From assembly GCA_965262735.1 (NCBI GenBank), contig CBDHFS010000002.1, forward strand, positions 2,034,802-2,098,801: DNA of 64,000 nt. Direction: 5' to 3'. Below are positions 38,418 to 47,171 of this stretch, piece after piece. A program made the position numbers and the translations under genes. The notes beneath the pieces were generated by a model. It ran no database searches. It was not told where the DNA came from and saw nothing but the letters and a program-made list of their open reading frames with translations. Origin of the DNA: Dehalococcoidia bacterium. GTDB lineage: Bacteria; Chloroflexota; Dehalococcoidia; Lucifugimonadales; UBA3495. Position 1 is the first letter of the stretch. Every line of letters begins with the position of its first letter.

Positions 38418-38888
38418 TCAGGAATTTGGCGGCGGCGTCCCGAATTGGGACAGAGCGGATGCGTCGGGGTAGTAGGAACGGCCGGTTTTCAAACTGTCCA
38501 GCGCGTATTTCACCGGGTCGAACAGCGGCTGGGGCAGACGGTCCAGGGCAAACCAGTCCTGTTCCGAGAAGCTGTCCGGCTCCGCCAGCCGCGGCTCCTG
38601 TTGGCCGATGTCTCCCAGAAACTCCACGTCCAGGTAGTGCTTCCCGTAGGCGACGATGTTGCTGACGCAGAGGAATATGAGGCTGCCAACCTCCAGGCCC
38701 AGCTCCTCCCGGGCTTCCCGCCGGGCGCACTGCTCCAGCGACTCCCCCATTTCCAGGTGACCGCCCGCCGACGCCCAGGTTGACGCGCCATGCGAGCCTT
38801 GCCGCCGAGCCAGAAAGACCCGTCCCGCCCGCACGAAAATCACGCCCACTCCCACCAGCGGCCTTTCCTGTTCAATGCTCATCTTCAT
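38418..38888 (-). CDS. NUDIX hydrolase
   Basis: Nudix box GGHLEMGESLEQCARREAREELGLEV. Confidence 0.85.
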   Translation of the reverse strand: MKMSIEQERPLVGVGVIFVRAGRVFLARRQGSHGASTWASAGGHLEMGESLEQCARREAREELGLEVGSLIFLCVSNIVAYGKHYLDVEFLGDIGQQEPRLAEPDSFSEQDWFALDRLPQPLFDPVKYALDSLKTGRSYYPDASALSQFGTPPPNS

Positions 38889-38945
38889 TGCTTATCAACG
38901 GGAGTATACCATTGCCCCGCTGCCCACCAACCCGAAACCCCATGC

Positions 38946-39087
38946 GTAACAGTTCAGATTTGGAGAGATGAATTGGGTTCAGCCAACTGCCACTTTTTCA
39001 GGGGGTTTGGGGGATGAATCCCCCAACGTAACCCAACCCCATATTCTGGCATCAGCCACTCCGCTCCCCTCAACCCTGAACAGTTAC
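38946..39087 (+). mobile_element. MITE copy C
   Basis: gtaacagttcagatttgg...ccctgaacagttac. No clean target duplication. The right end abuts the second repeat family. Confidence 0.8.
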
Positions 39088-39223
39088 CCTGACAATTGCC
39101 CCTTTCCAACTCCGGCATCTCCCCGCTACCATAATCCCTATCGTATTTATATTGATCGTATTTATATCGTTTGAGAGTGGGCCGTCCGGAAGTCTTGCCC
39201 GGGGCAATCGCAGCCCCCCTCGC

Positions 39224-39253
39224 AAATGGCACAAAATGGCACAAAATGGTACA
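39224..39253 (+). repeat. 10-bp phased iteron triplet AAATGGCACA x3 inside the second intergenic repeat family
   Basis: aaatggcaca aaatggcaca aaatggtaca. Analogous triplets at 2816-2845, 19473-19494 (reverse) and 50539-50568. Confidence 0.8.
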
Positions 39254-39447
39254 GAAAAACTACCGCCTGAGACCCTCGAAGTACGTGATTGAAGTACGTG
39301 ATTGAAGTACGTGATTATCGACCCGGCCCTCCGGCGTCTTGTAGGTTTCCGCCGCTCCGTGCTAGACTGCCGGCCAAGGTGTTGGGCACAATTGGCTCGA
39401 CATCCGGCAATCGCCCGCACTCATAAACGGAGTTTAGGAACGCGCTC

Positions 39448-40509
39448 ATGGTCTCAACATCTGCCTCAACATCCAGCGACCAGTCCGCACACCAAAAAGG
39501 GGTCATTCTTTCTGGAATGCGGCCCACCGGCAGGCTCCACTTGGGCAATTACCTGGGAGCGCTGCAAAACTGGGTTGACCTGCAAGAGGACTACCGCTGC
39601 ATCTACACCGTGGTGGATGTTCACGCGCTGACCACGCTGGAAAACCCCCAGGATGTTGCCGACATTCAGCCCAACATCGCCGAAATGGCGATGGACTGGC
39701 TGGCCGCCGGGCTTGACCCCGAGCGCTGTACCATCTTTGTCCAGTCCCAGGTGCCGGAAGTGCTGGCCCTGCATACCCTGCTCAGCATGGTCACGCCCCT
39801 GGGTTGGCTGATGCGGGTGCCCACCTTCAAGGAAAAAGTCCGCCAGATGGACGAGACCGAGGAGAGCGTCAACTATGGGCTGGTGGGCTACCCGGTGTTG
39901 CAAACCGCCGACATTATTCTCTACAAGGCCGACACCGTGCCCGTTGGCCAGGACCAACTGCCCCACCTGGAGCTGGCCCGGGAAATTGTCCGCAGGTTCA
40001 ACCACCGCTTTGGCGACACCTTCCCCGAACCCCAGGCCAAGCTTACCGAAGACCCCCTGATTGTCGGCCTGGACGGTCAGCACAAGATGAGCAAGTCCCT
40101 GGACAACCACATAGACCTGGCATCCACCCCGGATGAGACCTCGAAACGGGTGCTTACTGCCTTCACCGACCCCCAGCGCACCACCCGCAACATCCCGGGC
40201 CGGCCCGAAGTCTGCAACGTTTACTCCCTGCACCGCACCTTCTCCGGGCTATCCCAAGCCGCCACAGTCTATGAGGAATGCACCGCCGCATCCCGGGGGT
40301 GCGTGGACTGCAAGCGTCATCTGGCCGCCAGCGTCAACGATTTCCTGGAACCGATGCGGGAACGGCGCCGCGAGTTTGAGCAACGCCCCGATTACGTGAA
40401 AGAAATTCTGGAGCACGGCGGCAAACAGGCCAGGGCCATCGCCCGGGAGACGCTCAACGAGGTCTACGAAAAGATGGGCCTGGGCCCTTACGCCGACGGT
40501 TCCCGGTAG
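39448..40509 (+). CDS. trpS: tryptophan--tRNA ligase
   Basis: SGMRPTGRLHLGNYLGAL and KMSKSL motifs. Confidence 0.95.
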   Translation: MVSTSASTSSDQSAHQKGVILSGMRPTGRLHLGNYLGALQNWVDLQEDYRCIYTVVDVHALTTLENPQDVADIQPNIAEMAMDWLAAGLDPERCTIFVQSQVPEVLALHTLLSMVTPLGWLMRVPTFKEKVRQMDETEESVNYGLVGYPVLQTADIILYKADTVPVGQDQLPHLELAREIVRRFNHRFGDTFPEPQAKLTEDPLIVGLDGQHKMSKSLDNHIDLASTPDETSKRVLTAFTDPQRTTRNIPGRPEVCNVYSLHRTFSGLSQAATVYEECTAASRGCVDCKRHLAASVNDFLEPMRERRREFEQRPDYVKEILEHGGKQARAIARETLNEVYEKMGLGPYADGSR

Positions 40510-40519
40510 AGGCGGCCCC

Positions 40520-41344
40520 ATGACCGAAGACGTGAACTCCCCCCTGCCCTTGTCTCAGTCCGGGCGCACCGTGCTGGAAGTTTGCAGCGATGCCGCTCGG
40601 CAGGCCGGTGAATTGGTCAGCGGCCGGTTCCAGACCGAAATGGCTATCAGCTTCAAGGGACGGGCCGACATCGTTACCGACGTGGACCTGGCATCCGAAA
40701 AGCTCATCCTGGGGCTGTTGACCTCCGAGTTCCCCGACTTCAGCATTCTTTCCGAGGAATCGGAGCCGGTCATCAACGAGTCCGCCTACACCTGGGTCGT
40801 GGACCCCATTGACGGGACGCGCAACTTCGCCGAGGGCATCCCGCATTACTGCGTGGTGGTGGCTTTGGCCCGGGGACCCGAAACGGTCGCGGGAGTTACT
40901 TACGACCCCCTGGTGGACGAGATGTTCACCGCCGAGCGTGGCAAGGGGGCCTTTCTCAACGGCAAGCCGCTGTCTGTGTCGCCGCGGCAGGAAGTCGCGG
41001 AGTCGGTGATGGGGTTCGACCTTGGCTACGTGGATGAGAAGGCGGGGTTGGCCTTGGACATGGTGCGGGGATTGTGGCCCAACATTCAGTCAATGCGGCT
41101 CATGGGGTCGTCGGCGCTGGGGCTGGCCTACGCCGCCGCCGGACGCCTGGACATCTACTTCCACCATCACCTGTCCCCCTGGGACCTGGCCTCCGGGCTG
41201 CTGCTGGTCACCGAGGCCGGCGGCGCCATCGTTGACAAGCAGGGGAATCCGTCGAACCTGTTCACCCCCAGCATCATCGCCTCTAGTCCCCGGCTGGTGC
41301 AAAAGTTCCTTGAAGCCACCGAGGGCATGGCCTGGCGGGAATAG
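40520..41344 (+). CDS. inositol monophosphatase family protein
   Basis: SEE...WVVDPIDGTRNF and WDLASG motifs. Confidence 0.85.
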   Translation: MTEDVNSPLPLSQSGRTVLEVCSDAARQAGELVSGRFQTEMAISFKGRADIVTDVDLASEKLILGLLTSEFPDFSILSEESEPVINESAYTWVVDPIDGTRNFAEGIPHYCVVVALARGPETVAGVTYDPLVDEMFTAERGKGAFLNGKPLSVSPRQEVAESVMGFDLGYVDEKAGLALDMVRGLWPNIQSMRLMGSSALGLAYAAAGRLDIYFHHHLSPWDLASGLLLVTEAGGAIVDKQGNPSNLFTPSIIASSPRLVQKFLEATEGMAWRE

Positions 41345-41421
41345 CCCGGGCTTGACCGCAACCCCAATAAACCCGTTCGTCCTGGGTACCCGACGGATTT
41401 CCGCTCTGGCCCGGCCACAAC

Positions 41422-42666
41422 TCACTCCCGGACGACGCCGGCCTCCACCAGACTATCTATCTCTGCCGCGTCGAAGCCGAACTCCAGCAACACTTCCCGG
41501 CTGTGTTCGCCCAGGCCCGGCGCCCGCCGCCGCACCGACCCCGGCGTTTCCGACAGCTTGACCGGCACCCCGATGTGGCGCAGCGTTCCCAAGGCCGGGT
41601 CTTCCAGGTCAACCAGCATATTCCGCGCTTGAACGTGGGGGTCGGCGTACACCTGGGCCATGTCGTATATCGGCCCGGCGACCACCCCCGCCGCCCCCAG
41701 AGTCTCCAGCCAGTGGCGGGTGTCCCGTTGGCCCAGGGTCTCTTCCAGCAGCGCGGCCAACTCCGCTTCCCGGGCCTTGCGATCGCTAGGGGCGCGGAAA
41801 CGGGCATCATCAATCAGCGCTTCCAACCCCACGGCCCGGCAGAACTGCTCCCAAGTTGTCTGGGTCGCGGCCCCGAGGTTGATGTAGCCGTCTTTCGTCC
41901 GCAAGGCTTGGTAGGGGGCCGAAACCCGGTGCGCCGAACCCAGCGGGCCGGGAACGTCTCCGTTGGCGAAGTAACCGGAGGACTCCCAGATGGTGTAGGC
42001 AATCCCCGCTTCCAGCAGGGAGGTGTCCACCATTTGGCCCTGCCCGGTCTTGAGGGTGTGGATGTAGGCTGCCAGGATGCCGTTGGCCGCCAGCAGCCCT
42101 GCGGAGATGTCGGTGATGGGGACCCCGACCTTGGCCGGGGGTCCGTCGGGAAACCCGGTAATGCTCATCAACCCGCTCATGCCCTAGGCCACCAGGTCAA
42201 ACCCGCCCCGGTTCCGGTAAGGGCCGGTGCTGCCGAAACCGGAAATTGTGCAGTAGACCAGGTTGGGCCTCATGCCGCTGAGCCTCTCGTACCCCAACCC
42301 CAGCCGGTCCATAACCCCCGGACGGAAGTTCTCCGCCACCACGTCCGCCGATTCCAGCAGCCGTAGAAAGACCTCGCGCCCGGTGTCGGCTTGCAGGTTC
42401 AGGGCCAGGCTTCGCTTGTTGCGGTTCAAGGCCAGGAACCCGGCCCCCCAACCGTTGACGAAGGGCGGCCCCATTCGACGGGTATCATCGCCGCCGTTGG
42501 GTCTTTCCACCTTGACGACGTTGGCGCCCAGGTCGGCCAGCATCATGGTGCAAACCGGCCCGGCCATTATCTGGGTTAGGTCCAGCGCCACCACGCCGTC
42601 CAGGGGTCCCTTTGGCATTGCCATCGCTCCACCATCCGACAAAAATCTCGCCTGGAATTCGTGCAA
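41422..42666 (-). pseudogene. family III CoA-transferase (CaiB/BaiF/Frc type) interrupted by one in-frame TAG
   Basis: LDGVVALDLTQIMAGPVCTMMLADLGANVVKVE...GGFDLVA-TAG-GMSGLMSITG. TAG at 42184-42186 replaces the Gln of the conserved D-x-x-x-Q-x-x-S-G motif. Both halves are in the same frame. Confidence 0.8.
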
Positions 42667-42712
42667 CGAGTCTACCAGAACCGGGGATTGCCCGGTGCCA
42701 CTGCGTCATAAA

Positions 42713-42869
42713 GTAACAGTTCAGACTTGGTGAGATGAATTGGTTTCAGCCAACTGCCACTTTTTTCAGGGGTTTGGGGCAGGAGGTTTGAGGGATTCAT
42801 CCCCCAACGTAACCCAACCCCCATATTCCGCCATCAGCCACTCCGCTCCCCTCAACCCTGAACAGTTAC
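42713..42869 (+). mobile_element. MITE copy D
   Basis: Complete ends, flanked by the 8-bp duplication gtcataaa (42705-42712 and 42870-42877). Confidence 0.9.
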
Positions 42870-43019
42870 GTCATAAACTGTCGGCATCATTACCATCGCC
42901 AAGTGCGTGGCCGGCTCCTGGTTCCACGTGGAGCTGTTCGGCATCCCGCCCACAACACCTTCGCCGTCCTTGCCAAGCCTAGGCCCAGGCGGATAAAATT
43001 CCGTAATGAAGGAACAGAT

Positions 43020-43736
43020 ATGACCACAATCAACACAGAATCCGACTTCCTGCGCGCCCTGACGGAACACCCCGAATGGAAGGCAGCCGTCCGCGCCCAA
43101 ATACTGGGCGAAGAATTGCTGCTGCTGCCGGTGCGGTTCAATGCCTTCGTCGAGGAGCAACGGGAGGTGAACACCGAGTTCCGTGAGGCGATCACTGAGA
43201 TCCGGGAATCAGTCGCCGATCTGAAATCATTCAACGTTGAGCAGAAGAAGGCGAACGCCGAGTTCAGAGAGTCAATCGCCGAGTTGAAGGAGTCGACCCA
43301 ACGGATAATCGATGACGTGGGAATCCTCAAAGGAGACCTCGTTGGACGCGCCGCCTGGGACCGCCACCAGGAGATCCTAGACCAGCTTGGTTTCACCCTC
43401 GTAAGAATGCTTACCAAGAATGACCTGAACAACCTGGCCAACCGCAGCGGCACCACCGGCGCAGATCTTCGCAGCTTCTTCCGGGCCGACCTCATCATGG
43501 AGGTCACCGGCGATGATGGCAGCCCCCAATACGTTGCGATGGAAGCCTCATACACCGCCGACGAGCGCGACACCGACCGGGTGTTGCGCAACTGCCGGTT
43601 CATGCAGCATTTCACCAACCGACCGGCCCACCCGGTCATCTCCAGCCTCCGCAACACGCACCATGTCCTGTCCCTGGTCAACAATGGGACAGTCCATTGG
43701 TTCGAGTTGACGGAAAGGGACCTCCACACCGACTGA
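43020..43736 (+). CDS. coiled-coil protein with conserved C-terminal domain (possibly PD-(D/E)xK-like), paralog 1
   Basis: MTTINTESDFLRALTEHPEWKAAVRAQILGEELLLLP, a heptad-rich middle, and C-terminus LGFTLVRMLT...FFRADLIMEV...YVAMEASYT. Near-identical paralog at 49274-49978. Confidence 0.6.
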   Translation: MTTINTESDFLRALTEHPEWKAAVRAQILGEELLLLPVRFNAFVEEQREVNTEFREAITEIRESVADLKSFNVEQKKANAEFRESIAELKESTQRIIDDVGILKGDLVGRAAWDRHQEILDQLGFTLVRMLTKNDLNNLANRSGTTGADLRSFFRADLIMEVTGDDGSPQYVAMEASYTADERDTDRVLRNCRFMQHFTNRPAHPVISSLRNTHHVLSLVNNGTVHWFELTERDLHTD

Positions 43737-43946
43737 TACTGCCCCGCGGCCTCCGATTCCCCCTATTGTGCCGAAGTTATAACGCCACAGCCTCGGGGAA
43801 ATTCTCGATTGACCAATCTCAGGGGCCGGGGTATAACTAGCAAACCGCAACCCGTTGGAACCCGGCAGCCTTCAGTCCCGGTTCATTAGTCCCGGTTCAT
43901 TGTCGGAACGCTCAGCCATCCCGCAGCTGTTCCCAAGAGGTATCTG

Positions 43947-45410
43947 TTGAGTTCTTCCCTTGAGTCCGCCAACCGGCCCCGGGTCAAACGGGACGCCGAC
44001 TACATCTTCCACGAGTTGACCCGCAGCATCTGCCCGGAATGCAAGTCGGTTATTGACGCCCAGATAATCATCAGGGACAACCGGGTTTTCATGCGGAAGC
44101 GATGCCAGACCCACGGTTGGTTTGAAGCAATCATCAGCTCCGACGCGGAGATGTACGTCAACTCCGTCAAGTTCAACAAACCGGGGACCATCCCGCTGGA
44201 ATTCAGTACCGAGGTTAACAACGGCTGTCCCCTGGACTGCGGCCTGTGCCCGGAGCACAAGCAGCACATGTGCCTGGCTCTGGTCGAGGTCAACACTGCC
44301 TGCAACCTGAATTGCCCGGTCTGTTTCGCCAACGCCGGCATTGGCTACAGCCTGACCCTTGAGCAGGTTGAGTCCATGCTGGACCGCCTCGTGGAAACCG
44401 AGGGAGACCCGGAGGTGGTGCAGTTCAGCGGTGGTGAGCCGACAATCCACCCCCAGCTTCCCGAAATGATTCAGGCGGCCAAAGACCGGGGCATCCGGCA
44501 GGTGATGGTCAATACCAACGGCGTCCGCATTGCCAGGGACGACCGGTTCCTGGGGCGGTTGGCCCAACTGGACCCGGTCATCTATTTCCAGTTTGACGGG
44601 CTTAGACCGTCCACCTACCAGGCGATACGGGGCGAAGACCTGCTGGACACCAAGCTGCGCGCCCTGGACCGCATTAACGACGCCGGCCTAACCGCTGTGC
44701 TGGTGGCCGCGGTTGAGCGCGGCATCAACGTTGACGAAGTGGGTGCGATTGTGGAGTTCGGCTTGGAGCATCCGGCGGTGCGTGGCGTCGTGCTTCAGCC
44801 GGTGACCCACGCTGGTCGCCACCCGGATTTTGACCCCATGCAGCGGGTCACCATTCCCGACGTCATCCACGGGATTGTCCAACAGACCGCGGGGCGGTTC
44901 GTCCTGGACGACTTCGTGCCGGTACCCTGCTGTTTCCCCACCTGCCAGGTCAACACCTACGTCTTTGTGGACGGCGATACGGTCGTGCCGCTGCCCCGGC
45001 TATTGAAGATTGACGATTACCTGGACTACATCACCAACCGGGCGCTGCCCCGACTGCCCGATGCCGCCGCGGTACAAAAGGCGCTGGAGGGTCTGTGGTC
45101 GGCCTCGGCGGTGGGCGGGGCCGAAGCTACTGCCCAGCAGTTCCAATGCGCCTGCGGCCCCGGACTGGACCTGCCCGGCGACCTCACCCACCTGAAAGAC
45201 CACGTATTCCAAATTGCCATCAAGGATTTCCTCGACCCCTACACCTTCAACGTCAAGCAGGTGATGAAGTGCTGCGTGGGGGTCCTCGTCCCCGACGGAC
45301 GGGCCATACCTTTCTGCGCCTACAACTCCGTGGGGTATCGCGAGCAGGTCCGGGAGCAGCTTACCCGCGAGCAGTCCCAGCGTCTCCCGGTTGACCGACC
45401 CGCTGGATAA
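43947..45410 (+). CDS. radical SAM protein with N-terminal Cys-rich domain (MJ0619/Tes-like layout)
   Basis: CPECKSV...RCQTHG, then GCPLDCGLCPEHKQHMC, then the radical SAM CNLNCPVCFA and GGEPT. 487 aa. TTG start. Confidence 0.75.
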   Translation: MSSSLESANRPRVKRDADYIFHELTRSICPECKSVIDAQIIIRDNRVFMRKRCQTHGWFEAIISSDAEMYVNSVKFNKPGTIPLEFSTEVNNGCPLDCGLCPEHKQHMCLALVEVNTACNLNCPVCFANAGIGYSLTLEQVESMLDRLVETEGDPEVVQFSGGEPTIHPQLPEMIQAAKDRGIRQVMVNTNGVRIARDDRFLGRLAQLDPVIYFQFDGLRPSTYQAIRGEDLLDTKLRALDRINDAGLTAVLVAAVERGINVDEVGAIVEFGLEHPAVRGVVLQPVTHAGRHPDFDPMQRVTIPDVIHGIVQQTAGRFVLDDFVPVPCCFPTCQVNTYVFVDGDTVVPLPRLLKIDDYLDYITNRALPRLPDAAAVQKALEGLWSASAVGGAEATAQQFQCACGPGLDLPGDLTHLKDHVFQIAIKDFLDPYTFNVKQVMKCCVGVLVPDGRAIPFCAYNSVGYREQVREQLTREQSQRLPVDRPAG

Positions 45411-45428
45411 GCGGAAAGGAGGCGCGTA

Positions 45429-46241
45429 ATGGAACCTGACCGACCGGACCAGACGACCGCGCTGGCCTGCTGCGCCGACCTGTACCAGTCCGACCTGGCG
45501 CGCCTGCTGCTGGGCGATTCCCTGCATCCCGGGGGACTGCGGCTGACGCACCGCCTCGGTACGTTGATGGGCATTCAACCCGATGATTGGGTGGTTGACC
45601 TGGCCTGTGGCCGGGGAATCAGCGGGATGGCCGTTTCCCGGGCATTTCGCTGCAAGGTCGCCGGCATCGAATACGGCGTTGCCGCCGTGGCGGAGGCCCA
45701 CGCCGGAGCTCGGGAAGCGGCAGTCCCGGCCCGCGCCTTCTTCATCAACGCTGACGCCGGGCTGCCGCCCATCAGGCTGTCCAGCGTTGATGCTGTCCTT
45801 TGCGAGTGTTCCATGAGCATCTTCGCCGACCAGCCCGGCGCCATTGTCCAGGCTGCCCGAATGCTCCGGCCAGGAGGGATTCTGGGCTTGAGCGACGTCA
45901 CCGTCAAACCCGGCAGTCTGCCGGACGGCTTCCCCGAAGCTGTCGGCCAGGCGTTGTGTTTGACCGGCGCTCTGGACGTGGCCGGGTATACCCGGTTGGC
46001 GGGGGATGCCGGGCTGCTCCCCGAACGGTCCGAAGACGCTTCGGACGCAATAGCCGACTTGCTGAATGACCTGGAAGGCAAGCTGGGCGCGCTGGCGGCC
46101 TGGCAGTCGCTGGCGGCGGGGACGCTGCCGGTGAAAAAAGAGTGGCTGGACGCGGCCCCAGGCATTATCAATCATCTGCGCCGGCTAATAGACGACGGGG
46201 CGCTGGGATACTGGCTGTTCACGGCCCGGAAGCCGGTCTGA
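45429..46241 (+). CDS. class I SAM-dependent methyltransferase
   Basis: N-terminal ACCADLYQSDLARLLLGDSLHPGG, motif I VVDLACGRGISG, post-I GGILGLSDV. Confidence 0.8.
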   Translation: MEPDRPDQTTALACCADLYQSDLARLLLGDSLHPGGLRLTHRLGTLMGIQPDDWVVDLACGRGISGMAVSRAFRCKVAGIEYGVAAVAEAHAGAREAAVPARAFFINADAGLPPIRLSSVDAVLCECSMSIFADQPGAIVQAARMLRPGGILGLSDVTVKPGSLPDGFPEAVGQALCLTGALDVAGYTRLAGDAGLLPERSEDASDAIADLLNDLEGKLGALAAWQSLAAGTLPVKKEWLDAAPGIINHLRRLIDDGALGYWLFTARKPV

Positions 46242-46470
46242 ACCGGCGGAAAGCGTGGTCATCCTGGGCGACGGCGGCAAGGAAGGATGGACCGGCACGG
46301 CGTTGGCTGAATCCGGGGATAATGAGGTTGTGTTATGTATATTCTATCGCCGCAAATTGGTATTATGTAGTCCAAGCTGGATGCCAAGGTTCCTTGGGTC
46401 CCAACATGGGGGGCCACCACAATCCGGTCCAATACCGCTGGATGTGACTGAGATGTATGAGATGTAATTG

Positions 46471-47160
46471 ATGGGTAGCGAAGACTTCCTGCTCCTGCAA
46501 AAGCTGACCTTCTCCCTGCTGCTGGGATACCTTCTCGGGTCGGTGCCTTTTGCCCACCTGGCGGGCCGGCTGAAAGGCGTGGACATCTTCAGCACGGGCA
46601 GCCAGCGGGCTGGCACCGCCAACATATTCTGGAACGTAAGCCGTCGGGTCGGGGTGATGGTGTTAGCTGGCGACGTGGCCAAAGGCTCCCTCGCCGTATT
46701 CGCCGCCCAGCAAATGAACTGTCCGGTCCCCCTGTTGGTAATGGCAGGGGCCGCCGCCGTACTGGGACACTGGAAATCACTGTTCACCGGCTTCAAGGGC
46801 GGCGATGGGATGGCGACGCTGCTGGGAGTGACCGCCACGTTAATCCCCGTCCTGGCCGTGCCGGGCATCGCCCTGGGGGTTACAGCTGTGGCGCTGGCCT
46901 GGAAGTCCCATTACCGTTCTGGCGTGGGGATCGCCGTCTGCTATACGCTGGTGCTGCTGCTGAGTCTGGTAATTTTGCAGCGCGACCAGCAGTTGACCCT
47001 GGGACTGACTGCCCTGGCCGCGCTGGTGCTGACCCACAACATTGTTGTCCACCGGCGGGTCGCCGCGTCGGGCGTGGAGCCCCGCGATGACTTGGACGAC
47101 TTGGAGCTGGACCTGACCGTGGACGACGATCTGGAGTCCGCTGTACCCGAACAACCCTAG
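46471..47160 (+). CDS. divergent PlsY-family (glycerol-3-phosphate acyltransferase-like) membrane protein
   Basis: LLLGYLLGSVPFAHLAG, but the usual GSGNxGATN motif reads GSQRAGTANI. A second, more canonical plsY lies at 53576-54256. Confidence 0.6.
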   Translation: MGSEDFLLLQKLTFSLLLGYLLGSVPFAHLAGRLKGVDIFSTGSQRAGTANIFWNVSRRVGVMVLAGDVAKGSLAVFAAQQMNCPVPLLVMAGAAAVLGHWKSLFTGFKGGDGMATLLGVTATLIPVLAVPGIALGVTAVALAWKSHYRSGVGIAVCYTLVLLLSLVILQRDQQLTLGLTALAALVLTHNIVVHRRVAASGVEPRDDLDDLELDLTVDDDLESAVPEQP

Positions 47161-47171
47161 CCGGGTGGAAG

